Source: Octopus vulgaris (taxonomy: Eukaryota). Taken from it: DNA of 64,000 nucleotides. Position 1 is the stretch's first letter. Each line of letters starts with the position of its first letter. The stretch spans positions 99,014,001-99,078,000 of the forward strand of contig OX597815.1 in assembly GCA_951406725.2 (NCBI GenBank), read 5' to 3'. Shown piece by piece: positions 26,707-40,694 of this stretch. The translations under genes were made by a program, and so were the position numbers. The notes beneath the pieces were generated by a model, which worked only from the letters and a program-made list of their open reading frames with translations, did not search any database and was not told where the DNA came from.

Positions 26707-26822
26707 GTATGTGTGTATATATATATATAGATATGTGTGTGTGCATGCGTATCCTTCTATCTATCGGGCTTTTGCAGTCATTATACTCTGGCCATGCTGG
26801 GGCACCGCCTTGACCTATTGTT

Positions 26823-26855
<33 letters not shown>

Positions 26856-27250
26856 TATATAGATATATATTATATATACATATGTACTTCAACGCACGCA
26901 CTAGATAAATTGGTACTCGATAAAAGTTACTAGATATAAACTAAGGTATCTACATTTAGTAGTAAAGGTAAGATGTGTGTCTACTAAAACCTCAGGTTTC
27001 ACTCTATGCGAGTGTGTGAGTTTGTCTGTTTGCTTGGATTTGTCTATGTGCGCGTGGGATGTATGTGATTTTGTGTGCGTATTAGTGTTTGTACATATTT
27101 GTATTATTGTTGTTTTTATTTTTGTGCATAGGTTTACTATAAGTATATCTCTATATATTGCACGTAATGTAAATTAAAGTAAGAATATGCTTCCGTAAGT
27201 GACAAATTCTCCCATACATATCGACATACCAGTACATTTGTAAAATATAC

Positions 27251-27294
<44 letters not shown>

Positions 27295-27416
27295 GTGTGT
27301 ATACATATGCATAATATATGTATGTGTATTATATGTACTGTATATATATATATATATATATATAAATATATATATGCATATATATATGTATATATATATA
27401 TATGTATGTATGTATG

Positions 27417-27465
<49 letters not shown>

Positions 27466-28682
27466 GCATATATATGTATATTTATATATTCATACGTATA
27501 AATATATATACAAACATACGACTAAGCGCATATAAACAGAAATATGCACATTTACGAATGTAGTACATGCTTATGTGTATGTGTGTACGTTTATGTGTAT
27601 GTTGTGAGTGTATCGAGAGAAAAATGAGAAATACATATATATTTATATACCATATTTACACATAGAATGAATAATGCCCGATAATACAAGCTTGATAATG
27701 AATATGAAAATAACGTAGATAATACAGTTGAGATACATATCCATATTTAGCCTTCAGCATTCTTCATTTACGTTTGCTGACAAAAGGCGGAATATTACCA
27801 TAAGCGTAATGGGAAGATAACTCTCACCTAAGGGCAGTAACAATAGCTATTGTATTTCAGCTGGACCAATGCGATATAGCCACATTATAATGTCAACATC
27901 ATTTATGTCTTCTCTGAACAATGCTATCACTCTATGTGATACACACATTACTAACGTCATTTCTGAATGCCACTATTCATAACTAAGAATACTAAAGATA
28001 TTTCGGTAAAATGTTACGAATTTAAAGACCGTTCAGTGCTATTTACAACTTGTTACTCATGATTTCTTTTATTATTTATCATTTTTTTTTACTCTAACCG
28101 AATATATTTTATTGTATTATGTATTATGTATAATCTGATGTGTGTGTAAGTGTATGTATATATGTTTCTATTATTTATATATGTATTTATGTATGTACGT
28201 GCATATTCGGGCAAAAATATATAAATAATAATGGGCATAAATATACAAAATTAGCTGAATGTTTTCTTGCATATGAAAATACTTAAATGCATTTATTGTT
28301 ATTACGTATGTATGTACGCGTGTGTATTTCTGTGTTCGGTTATGTGTGGTTGTGTTCACGAATAAACGTGACGCTATATGCATATGTTTTTATACAGAAA
28401 AGAAGTAAAGAAAACCCATATTTTCATATGAGTATGCAGGCATACATATGGTTGTACATATATACACGCATTTCACCAGCCCTGCTTTTATATATGTATA
28501 TATATATATATATACACTTATGTATATATTTGGAGATTGTGGTGTATTTGTATGAATACAATGTTTATAAATGTATGCTTACATATATGAGTGAGTGTGT
28601 ATATACATATATATACATATACATATATGTACATATATACACACACACATACATATATATATATATCGACACACATGATTTC

Positions 28683-28857
<175 letters not shown>

Positions 28858-29179
28858 ATGTGACGCTCACATTTTAAAACATATTTGCAGATATTCAGAG
28901 TTTCACATATATTGAAATTCTACTCTAAATACTCACAGATACAGAATATGTTGCTTCATACATACACGCGAGCCCACTCACGTATACGCACACAAACACA
29001 CTCTCACGCACACTCACACACACATCATATGCATCTTTTATTCTGTATGACAGAAAATATCTAATAAAATGAAAATTCTCCATGTATATTTTGTTAGAAA
29101 TGCTCCACTGAAAAGAAAAATTACCTTGTTGATGTTATTTATCATGTTAGAAGTCAGCTGTTACAAATATGATATTTAA

Positions 29180-29420
29180 AACACGCCATGATGGCGCATA
29201 TTAGAGTCAGTAATACACAGAATATAAGAAGAAGCATTAGGCTTTGGATTCAAAATCTGTCTAGGCTTACATTGTGTTTCGTCCTCTCCGCTTTTGTTGA
29301 AACAAACACCACTGAAGCTGTGGGTTCGTCTAGATCGACGTGACACAGCACCGAAATCGTTTGGCTTTGTATCTAAATTTGAAAAGAATATTTCAAAATA
29401 TTTCAAAACTCACTTTTGGA
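29180..29420 (+). mobile_element. Possible Penelope-like element 3' end with decayed hammerhead (29309-29364)
   Basis: Translation RILESVIHRI*...SSPLLL resembles PLE ORF termini. It is followed by cca-CTGAAG-(gctgtg...cacagc)acc-GAAA-tcg-TT-tgg. Confidence 0.45.
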
Positions 29421-29535
29421 CTAAAGTTCACTTATAAATATAGATTATCCTCACTTGATAAATAAAATTTTATGAGTCGATCGACCTGCTAAAAATAGCA
29501 ATCAAGTCTCCCTCATATGAAATACTCCGTTCATA

Positions 29536-30861
29536 TTGGGTCATCCCATAAATATTGAAATATTTTATACTGAATTATTTTATACCATAAATATTGAAGT
29601 ATTTTATACTTCTTTTATTTTGGCAAAATTAAAATAAAACAAATTCTTTTTTAACCTAAAATATACTCTCCTTCATTTTCTACAATTCTCTTCCATCAAT
29701 ATGGTAGACTATATGGTAGATTTGTAAGGCCCATCTTCCAAATTTCAATTGTCCGTGACGAAAAATACTCTTCCAGTATTGTTCTGACCTCGTCTACAGA
29801 AGTCATAGTTTTTCCGACCAAATGATTTTGATGATTGCGGAATGCATAATAATCAGATGGAGCAACGTCCGGTGAATATGGTGGGTGCGGCATCGTTTCC
29901 CATTCAAACTATTCCAGACTTTGGAATGTCAACCTCGCTGTATGTGGCCGAGCATTATCCTGATTGAAAAACACCCTTCGTCTTCAGACCAAAGATGGTC
30001 GTTTTTTTCTTCCGGCGCTGACTTAAGCAGCTCAAGCTACTCGCAGTAGATCTCCTTTGTTATCGTTTGATTTGAGCTTAATTGTTCAAAGTGGACTAAA
30101 CCTTTTAGATCACCCCAAACAGGTAACAACAATTTACGTGGGTGAAGACCTTCTTTAGCCTGGGGTGCTGCTGTTTCTCCTTTCCCTACCCACTCACTTC
30201 GACGCTTGACATTTTTATAAAGGACCCATTTCTCGTCACCAGTCACCACTGGGTCTAAAAAAAGGTTCATTCGTGAGACGTGATAGTAAACAAGAGCACA
30301 CATTCTCTCCCTGCTCGCGGCTAGATTCGGTAAGTTTGTGAGGAACGCATAGACCCAAATTTGCTGACTTTTCCGATGGTACGCAGGCGTCGACGAAGGG
30401 TTGAATGATCAAATCCAAGCTTCTCTGCTAGTTCCTCAACATTCACGATGGGATTTTGTTCCACCAAATTTTGCAGGACGTGCTCGTAGAGCTCTACAGA
30501 TCTTCCAGGACGAGGCTCGTCTTGTAGGCTGTAGTTTTCGGCTGGGAGTTTCTGGAACCACCGTTGACACGGGCTTACGCTTATTGTCCAATCCCCATAT
30601 ACTGCATTAATATTTCTCGCACTTTCCGTTGCGCTGTTTCCTTTATTGAACTCATAAAGCAAAATATGCCGAATATGTTCCTTTGTAACTTCCATTATAG
30701 CTTTGAAAAAATAACTGTTAAAATCGAACTGCACTCTTCAAAACTTTCACTAAGAATAAGCACTCGGTAAATTGCTACTTAGTTTTATAGCAAATTGATG
30801 CCCCATTCCGACTTTTGTTCCATGGAACTGAAAAAACCGCATTATTTATGTGATGACCCAA
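29536..30861 (-). mobile_element. Full-length mariner (DD34D) element, 1326 bp, inactive
   Basis: TIRs ttgggtcatcccataaata / tatttatgtgatgacccaa, with TA at 29534-35 and 30862-63. Confidence 0.95.
29651..30695 (-). pseudogene. Mariner transposase pseudogene
   Basis: MEVTKEHIRHILLYEF..., VPHKL, TGDEKW, QDNARPH, PHPPYSPDVAPSDY and WKRIVENEGEYI; several frameshifts and stops. Confidence 0.95.
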
Positions 30862-32125
30862 TAATTAAGAGAAATAATCTGTATAATATGAAGATAATAC
30901 TAAATGAGTTGGTTGTCCTTCCATCAAAATAATATAAATCTTATGAGTATTCAATATAACTTGAGTAAGCGGTGAAAAAGAATAAATAGAAATTTTTGTA
31001 AGATTAATACGTGCAGATGTGAGTTATGACTGCTTATGCAAACTATAGCTTTGTATTTCCTAAAGGAAAGTGTAGAACCCACCTGAGTCAAATTTACCTT
31101 TGCATTTATAGCTTAATAAATAAAGTAACAGCCAAATGCTTCGTTTTGGTTCTTCTTTCTTCTCTTCCTCCATCCATTTTTTTCTCCTTTTCTGTTCCTC
31201 ACTTAGAATTGTCTACAATCAACAAACGTAAGCTTACAAATGAACTCTCAGCAGGAAGGCAACAGGAATCTTTGTATCCTCTCGAAAAATTCCCGGACAA
31301 GCAGAGAGTGTTTGTTAACGAAGACCCCAAGAAGATATTCTTGACTGGATAGTGCAAATCATTTTTCTTTCCTGTCGGTTCTCAGTGCAATTTTGACCAA
31401 TAAAACACAATCAAATAATTGTCAATGGGGCTTTTTAGATCGCTTTAATCGACGGCTACAGACACGTGTTTTCAGTATTTGTGTCTTCGTGGTAATGACA
31501 GAAATCGTTATTTCTACGTTTTCTAAATCTGTTGTCTTCAGTTTCTTTTATTGTTTACCAATCCGTTAAGTGACGTTGTATGAAGAATCAACAGGGCTTT
31601 TATTATTACGGAAATGTTCATCATCTAATAATAAACAAGATGAAATAAGGATATATAAATAGGCAACTATATATCTTCCCAGCTAACTAGATACACACAT
31701 GCTTACATGTATACATACATATATATCTATTTACCTGTAGGTAGGTGGGTATGTAAGTAGATAGTTGCATAAAGAGGTTCCTGTGAAAGATAATTAAAAC
31801 ATCTTGATGACTTTCATTAACCACCATAAAAGAAAATATGGAAACGAGGTTCAATGAAGGTAGTTATCTAGTAAGAATATGTTTAAGGTTAAGGTGGAAC
31901 GAGGGTGCTTGAGAGGAGGTTTCGGGTTGGAGGGAAGGTGGAAAAGAATATCGCTGTTGGAAACAAGAATTATTTTGAGAACATACAACAAAAGAATGGA
32001 CTTATAGGAAACGAAAATATATCATCAATGCCACAGTTGATGTCTTCACTGGAGGCTATTGGTGATCAAAGATGAGGCTTTTTTAGTATTTTTTTCAGTT
32101 ATATATACATACACACACACAGATC

Positions 32126-32203
<78 letters not shown>

Positions 32204-32597
32204 AAAAGAATAGTTATATGAATATGCATGTCTTTGCATATACGTATGTATGTATATATATATATATATATATGTTTGTATGTATGTATTTATATATATA
32301 TATATGTATGTGTGTATGCATGTATGTATATAAATATATCTGTGTGACTGCCTAGCTGTCTAATGATTATATATAGAGAAATTATATGCATACACATATT
32401 TGTAAGTGAATATGCATGGGCATTTGTGTATGTTTATGCTAGTGATAGTGTGTATAAGAGTGTTTGTGTGTATATTTGTAGGTGCGAGAGTGGGTTTATG
32501 TAAGAAGAGAGGTAGATGGAGAGAGAAAGAAGAGAGTAGCTGTATGTATAAGTGTGAACAATCGAATATGTGCGCGCGTGCGTGCGTATGTGTGCAG

Positions 32598-32660
32598 TGA
32601 CGTCAATTTACAACCATTTATCGATAATGAGTAATTTGGAAATAAAGAACGGGAGGCGGG
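32598..32660. promoter_or_regulatory. Compact cis-regulatory motif cluster
   Basis: TGACGTCA (CRE, 32598-605), TTATCGATAA (DRE core, 32618-627), TGAGTAA (AP-1-like) and GGGAGGCGGG (GC-box-like, 32651-660). Confidence 0.3.
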
Positions 32661-32717
32661 CACTTATTAATAGCGACGGAGGAGAATAGATAGCATGAAA
32701 ATAATAATAACAATAAC

Positions 32718-32806
<89 letters not shown>

Positions 32807-33556
32807 AATATATATACAGATAGAAATCAAGAAACAAAGAAAGAAAGAGAATAAGACAAAAAGAAACAGAATGATAAAAAAATAAAAGAATCTTAAGAAA
32901 AATGAAGAAATGTAGAAAGAAATGAAGAAAAGGAGAAAATGGAAACAGACAGAGGTGATGAAGAGAATATATAGAAATATTAATTATAATATTCGATTTT
33001 GATATTGATGTTAGTGATGGGTAGTGTATTGTTTTTATGGGGTTTGGTTTTAGTGATGTTAGAGAGGATGGTTTTGGCAGTATTTGATGGATCGATATTG
33101 CTAATAGTGGCAGTGATAAGAAGACTGTTAGTGATAGAATGGTGTTGCTATTAGTGGTGATAGTGTAAAGGCTGTTAGTGATGTATGGATGTTGTTAATA
33201 CTGATAATAATAAAGTTAAGAGAGCTGTTTGTGATGGATCGATGTTGCTAATACTGGTAGGGGAGAGGGAGAGAGGTCTTAATATTAGATTAATATACTT
33301 TTGCTTGTTTCAGTGCGGTAATGCTGGGGACATCACCTTAAAGAATTTCAGTCGAACTTATCGACCCCAGTAATTATTTTCATTTTTTTCCGAACCGCTA
33401 TGATAAAGGGACGTGAACACCACCATCAGTTGTCAAGCAGTGACGTAGGACAGAGGCTCAAAAGCACGCACATAAACACATCACACACGCTCTCTCTTTC
33501 TCTTTCTTTTCTCTCTCTCTCTATATATATATATCTCTCGCTAACACAAACACACA

Positions 33557-33591
<35 letters not shown>

Positions 33592-33593
33592 TA

Positions 33594-33790
33594 TGTAGCT
33601 ACATGTGAATCGTTGGCGATTTTTTTCCTCCGTCTTCTTTTTTTATTGGACTTTCCTGTCTCCTGAAAGTGAAGAAGAGCATTGATCGAAATGTAAAACC
33701 GCATTTCTTCCCTTCCCTGCGCGTCTGCTAATACTTTACATGTACCACGTCCTCCTGTTCTTGTTCGCTTTTGTGTTTGTACTTCGTTTA
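33594..33790 (+). mobile_element. Short microsatellite-flanked element with decayed minimal hammerhead (33669-33695)
   Basis: GTGAAGA-A-GAGC-att-GATC-GAAA-TG-TA, then cttccctgcgcgt....ctaatac as in the 42742-42910 element. Confidence 0.55.
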
Positions 33791-33822
33791 TATATATATA
33801 TATATATTTATATGTTTATATA

Positions 33823-34206
33823 GGCGCAGGAATGGCAGTGTGGTATGAAGCTAGATTCTCAAACACATGGTTCCGGGTTTAGTCCCACTGCATGGTATCT
33901 TGGGCCAATGTCTTGTAAAATAGCCTCAGACCGATCAAAGCCTTGTGAGTGGATTTGGTAAACGGAAACTGAAAGATGCCAAACGTGTGTGTGTGTGTCT
34001 ATCTATTAGTATGTCTGTGTTTGTTCCCCCACCATCGATTAACAAACAATGTTGGTGTTTACGTCCCCTAACTTAGCGGTGCGGCAATTCAGATAGAATA
34101 AATACTCTGCTTACAAAGAATAAGTCCTGGGGTCGATTTCTTCGATTAAAGGCGGTGCCGCAGCACGGCTGCACTCAAATGACTGAAACAAGTAAAAGAA
34201 TAAAAA
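33823..34206 (+). mobile_element. SINE family 1, full length
   Basis: ggcgcaggaatggcagtgtggta head through gactgaaacaagtaaaagaa tail. Confidence 0.9.
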
Positions 34207-34246
34207 TATATATGTGTGCTTGTGTGTGTGTATATATACACACACA

Positions 34247-34410
34247 CGACAGGCTTCTTTCAGATACCGTCTACCAAATCCACTCACATAGCCTTGGTCG
34301 GCCCGTGGCTATAGTGGAAGAGACTTGCCCAAGGTACGTCGCACTAGCACAGCACACAGAACCATTTCGTTCGAAAACAAACATCTTACCACACAAGCAA
34401 ACCTGCGCCA
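34247..34410 (-). mobile_element. SINE family 1, 5' half
   Basis: caggcttctttcag...ctaccaaatccactcac...acttgcccaagg...accacac...cctgcgcc. Confidence 0.85.
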
Positions 34411-34639
34411 GTGGTAAAATTCCGTCAGTTTTTGAATGATCTAATTGATAGAGATAACAATATAAGGGGATGATCGTCATAGAAATAATGGAAATAATGA
34501 CATGCCTAAATGATTATCTCTATGGTTTATCTAAAGTCAGAATTTTGAGTTCAACACTTCAATATTGCTAATGTGCACCAGTTGCCCTCAAGAAATTTGG
34601 AGAGAGTAATATTATTAACCTTAATATCTTTTCTGCTAT

Positions 34640-34757
34640 AGGCACAAGGCCTGAAATTTGAGGAAGGGGGATAGTCAATTACATCGACCCCAGTACTCAA
34701 CTGATACATATTTAATCGACCCCAAAAGGATGTAAGTCAAAGTTGACTTCGGCGGAA
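34640..34757 (-). mobile_element. SINE family 3, 3' fragment
   Basis: attacatcgaccccagtactcaactg...atcgaccccaaaaggatg...aaagttgacttcggcggaa. Confidence 0.75.
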
Positions 34758-34849
34758 CTATTACCCTTAGTATCAGCAAAAGTTACGACTGTGTCTGCGA
34801 TGTTATCTGGCACAAACATCAAAGACTGGGCTCGCTTTGTTTCCCTTTT

Positions 34850-35450
34850 CTTCAATCGATAGCCTTTACTTGTGGTGATTACTCTCCCAGTGAATTCTAT
34901 CAACATTTGTTAGCCACAATGTTGTTTTGTATCCCACACATTTCCTCCTGTACATTATCAACATCTTACATGTTACCTCAACAACAGCCACTCTCACACA
35001 AATGATACCATTCTCCAATTCTTCTTACACTTTCATATCCAAGCGTCATCTTCATACATCCTCGAGACTTAACAGCAAATCTACACACATTCCATGAGAA
35101 GACACTTCGAAAGCAGCAGCATTCAGGAGGGTCATACAAATCTTGCAGCCTACAATAGCAAGAAAAACATATCATTGCAAATATCAAGAACAACATTATG
35201 TCATCTCACCATGTAAACATTACACAGCTAGAACCCTAGGTCTTACGGTCATTGTGAATATCCAAACCCTGGTTGCATATGCTCAGTATAAACCTAAACT
35301 ACAGCACAGATATTGAGCTTCTTTTCCAGAGCCAGAAAATACGTCGGTACAAGAAACTACTAATTCACTACTAAGACTAGGCAAGATACAGAAAAAATGT
35401 AATTTTCCATATGTATGACGGTACTGCTCAGTGCGCATGGTTACATTACA
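34850..35450 (+). mobile_element. Decayed CR1/L2-type LINE RT fragment
   Basis: PTHFLLYIINIL then frameshifted HSHTNDTIL correspond to P.LFLLYINDL and HSYADDT; boundaries are approximate. Confidence 0.55.
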
Positions 35451-36037
35451 TTGCAAGTATAGAATTAATAGCCAAAATCTTACATGAAATCGATCATCAA
35501 CTTCTGGTTCACAAAAGTGCCGTCTCTTGTCTCTACCTTTTTTTCGTCCATGGCCCTAGTTCTGTTCTTAAGAGCAGCCTATACGAAAATAGTGAAGAGG
35601 ATCATAGTTATTGCTTCAAACAATAGGCACAAGACAAACTAATATATAAGTGAACGGGGTTAGTCGATAACATCGCAAACAATACCAGACAAATACTTTA
35701 TCTTATTGATCTCAAAAGCATGAAAGGCAAAAGCTGAAATTGTAGAAATCTATATTCAAAATTTGAAGACTTGGAAGAAACACGACAAAGAACTTTCTAT
35801 AACACACATCCAATCTATCAGACACACCAACTTACATTTGGAAATGAAAAAAAAATAAATAAAACAAAGAAAGCAATGAAATCTCATTCTTTTGAATAAA
35901 TAACTAATTTACTATATATTTAAAAACAAATTTTCCCTTTAGATTTCCATGCCGGAACGCACACTTGCATATACAGACGTAGTCTTCTAAACTCGTACAC
36001 AGAAAAACTTACATTCGCACGATGACGCGAAGCAGAC

Positions 36038-36068
<31 letters not shown>

Positions 36069-36722
36069 TATACGTGTGTGTGCATATATATATAGATATA
36101 TATGTATGTGTGTGTATATATGTATATATATATACACACACGCATGTATATATGTGTATATGTATATATATCTATGTGTATATATATATGTGTGTGTGTG
36201 TATGTATGTATGTATGTATGTATGTATGTATACAGAAACAGAGAGAACGAGAAAAGGACATTGAGTCACACACACACGTTTATTTACATATTAATACCGC
36301 CACTATTATTACATCATTATTACAGTTATTATCATCGTGATAATCAACCTCATCATCATTGTCAACATCGATGCCATTATTTTCCTTATCGCCACTCATT
36401 TTTATACCTTTGTTTAATATTATTGTAATTTAGATAATTATTTTTTTATTTATTTGCCTCTTATTATATATATATATATTTTTTTCTTTTTTTACTTTGC
36501 ATTCGTTTAGAGTGTATGTTTTAGTTTTCATGGAAAGTGGAACGCTCAATCTTGTAATTGTTCTATGAAAGAGGAAAACTTAAAGCGGTCTATTGTGTGT
36601 GAGGCCGCTGAACATATTTAAATGTTTTTCTCCAGCAATTAGCGACTCATTATAGTCTCACAAGTGACCGATGCAATAATGTCCATTGTCTAATGCTTAC
36701 TATTTCTGAATATCTATCTATA

Positions 36723-36772
<50 letters not shown>

Positions 36773-37358
36773 TGTATTTATGTACTTATGTATGTATCAT
36801 TTAAAAAAGAAACGTTCTCTCTATTGAAAAATATCAGTAATAATTTTTGTGCACAAGTTTTAATTAGTATGGCTTCTTTATATTTCCAATACTGATTCTC
36901 AAATAAATACACACACACACACACACACAGAGCACACACACACCACACACATACACCTCAGTGCAAATACATATGTACATGGTTTGATATATAGATGTGT
37001 CCGCAGATCTAGTGTCTGTATATACATACGTTGCAATATAGTTTTTATTGAGTGTAGCCAATTACGTTGTTTTTTAATTTCTTTTTGTGTTTATGTATCA
37101 ATGTCCGTGATTTAATATCAAAAATAAAGATTCCAGAATAGAAAGCTTTGTCTATATTATAAAAGAAAATGTAAATAGATGTATATATAAAAGAAAATGT
37201 GTCCGTATGCAGGTATATGCATGCATATATGTACACTTCTACGCACACACATACGCGTATATAAAGAGTGATATAATTATATATACATGCTTTTATATTA
37301 GCATATAAACATAGGTAGATATATAGATATCTATAAAACCATATTATATATATGTATA

Positions 37359-37421
<63 letters not shown>

Positions 37422-37716
37422 TGTGGACATATGAATGCGCTTACCATTCTCTATGGTGCTAATGATTATGTATTCATAGTGCAAATCTTTACAGATGTAA
37501 ATACACTCTACAATTTTTCAGAAAATTTGTACTAAACTATGTGTACATACATACACACATACACATAAATGTCTTTATATATATATATATAAGCAAATAT
37601 CTGTACACATACATATACATTAATGTAAGGGGACAGAAGGACGGCCGAGAGATGTATACTTATGTAAATATACTATATACATGTATAAAACTTACGCACA
37701 CACGCACATACACACT

Positions 37717-37783
<67 letters not shown>

Positions 37784-37820
37784 CATATATATATACATAT
37801 ATATATATATACGTATATAC

Positions 37821-37851
<31 letters not shown>

Positions 37852-38183
37852 TGTATGTATGTATGTATGTATGTATGTATGTATGTATGTATGTATGTGC
37901 ATGTGTCCATACACTTTTAGGAAACTATTCTTTCGTATGTCATTTGCAAATGAATATAGATTGATATATATTTCTTCTAATTTACGGCAATTATGTTTTC
38001 TGTTATATTCAATGAAAAATTTATCTAAGTGGCAGGAAACCAAATTTAATTGTGGCTGTATCTGTTTGTTTTATAAAAAAAAGATTATTCTGTCCCCACT
38101 TCTCTATGTCTTGTATCATTGCTACAGAAACTAAATTATATTTCACCTTGTATGGTTATACTTTTATGTGTGTGTGTGTGTGT

Positions 38184-38236
<53 letters not shown>

Positions 38237-38322
38237 TGTATGATTCTCTTCCTTTACATGTTAGACTCTCATGGCACACTTTGCAAGTTCTGTTTTTAAT
38301 ATTCAAACCCAGTCCTAGTTAT

Positions 38323-38407
<85 letters not shown>

Positions 38408-38712
38408 ATGTTTGTGTGTGTGTGTGTGTGTTTGTAGGTGTATACATATATATTTTTTATATATATAAAAAATACAAAATGGGACAAGAACGCAAAACAT
38501 CCAGATAGACGATACAAAGAAAACAAGGACTGGTCATTCGGAGTTTTCTATCCTCAGTCGAGATCCAGATTATCTTTGCAATTTCAGCTGGTCATACTTG
38601 AGATTGCTCCAATCTGACCAGCCCCAAGAAAAAACTAAGCTTAGAGCATTAGATTCCTTGGAAGAAAGCTGCAAATGTATACGAAAACAAGAACGAGACA
38701 CTCCCATACATA

Positions 38713-38930
38713 AAAACGGGTGGTCAAATGTTGTTGGGCTGATGTAAAAGGAAATCATGAGGGTCAGTTAATTATGATTTTATTCAAGAAATTCCCCACT
38801 TGGATTCACACACTTATTGCAGTGATCCTTCAGTTTTTCTAAGCCTTGTAAAACACAAGCTCGGGAGTTTGGGCCTGCGACAAGACCTTTCGCGACGCCT
38901 TTAAATTCAGGAACTTTTCAGCACCTTTCA
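38713..38930 (-). mobile_element. Mariner-derived MITE (internal deletion derivative)
   Basis: Right end caggaacttttcagcacctttca|TA with a decayed inverse at the left end. The minus strand encodes LQGLE/LKDHCNKCVNPSGEFLE*, a mariner C-terminus. Confidence 0.7.
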
Positions 38931-39500
38931 TATGCCTATATATATATATATATATGTATGTATAACATAATATAATATAAATATTATATAAATATATGCA
39001 TATATACATACATATATATGTATATATACATACATAGATGGGTAGAGGACATCAAAAAATCCTAGACAAAATGAGAAACGAGAACATAAAAAACAAAAAC
39101 ATAGACAAAATATCATTCATGGAATTTGAAAAAATATTTTGAAACGAAGGAACAAATTATAGAACAATGAAGGAACCCAAACAAATAAACGAACATACCA
39201 ATGTTTAAGATTATACACACTGTAACACCAGAAGCAGTGAAAAATTCACCACAAGACGGTAGCAGTAATTAATTAGGTCAACAAACTCCAATGTATAACA
39301 ACTGACCGCCTGTTGGGTTCCGAGTTTATTGAGGAGAGTCACGTCTTGTATATATAAACCAAAGATATGTGCTACCATCCTTCAATTTGCTGAATGAATG
39401 ACCACCCATAAAATTTGCAGAATGTACAGCAAATAAATCCAGCGCCACCACACACACCACATCCGCACATTAATACCATTCGTTCCTCTACTACTACTAC

Positions 39501-39536
<36 letters not shown>

Positions 39537-39561
39537 CAGTAGTAGTATATATATATATATA

Positions 39562-39662
<101 letters not shown>

Positions 39663-39798
39663 TAAATTCAGGGTGAATACTTGATAAATGTAAGCACCTG
39701 TATATGCCAGCTAGTAGCATAAAGAATAAGTTGTTCTATAAAGCCCGAAACATATGTACCGCAACATCCTTTAGGTCCTGTTTTTCATTTATTTCATT

Positions 39799-39834
<36 letters not shown>

Positions 39835-39983
39835 TTGTGTCTGGGGAGAGCCATTTTTCTTTTTGTGTCTTATAATTTAACACACTCACCGGTAAAATTT
39901 CCACTTATTTCTTATTTTTATTTTCCTAAAAATTTTCCTAAAAATTTTCGTTCCTTTTTGTTTGCTTGTGCAGATGTGTGTGG

Positions 39984-40018
<35 letters not shown>

Positions 40019-40694
40019 TGTGTCTGTGCATGCATGCATGTACGTATGTATGTATGTGTGTATGTATGTATGCATATGTGTGTATGTATATATGTGTGTG
40101 TATGCATATGTATATATGTATGGATGTGTGTGCATCTGTATGTATGTATTCTGCATATTCATGTGCTTGCATGTCCGTGTTTGTGCATTTTCTATGTATG
40201 TGTTTGTAAGAGTGTGTTTGTATATGCGTGCACCTCTGTCTCCTTGTGTGTGCATATGTGTGTTTTGCAATTACGTACCATGTTTGTATGTATGGATGTG
40301 CATCTCTATATGTGTGGACCCGTGTCTCCATATGTGTCCTTGCGCGGAGTAATGTGTGTGTGTATATATATGGTCATGTGTTTCAGTCTCCATTTGCGTA
40401 TGTGTACTTGTCTGTTCTTATAACCTATGTACCTATCCGTCTATTCTTCTCTATGTTTGCGAGGTCCCACCTTATATATCACTGCCCATAATGGACTCTG
40501 TATGCAAAACAAAACGTTATAAGCAATAAAGCACTCCAGATACTCTTCATAAAATTAATAGCATGACAGTCCTTCATTCCTGGAGTTGTATCAAAATTCT
40601 TTAACTCTATTTTCTCGGACGCCGCGATAAGCGTTACATTATTTGCGCATGTGTAAGTTATTCCATGTGAAAGACATACATAAACACACACCTA

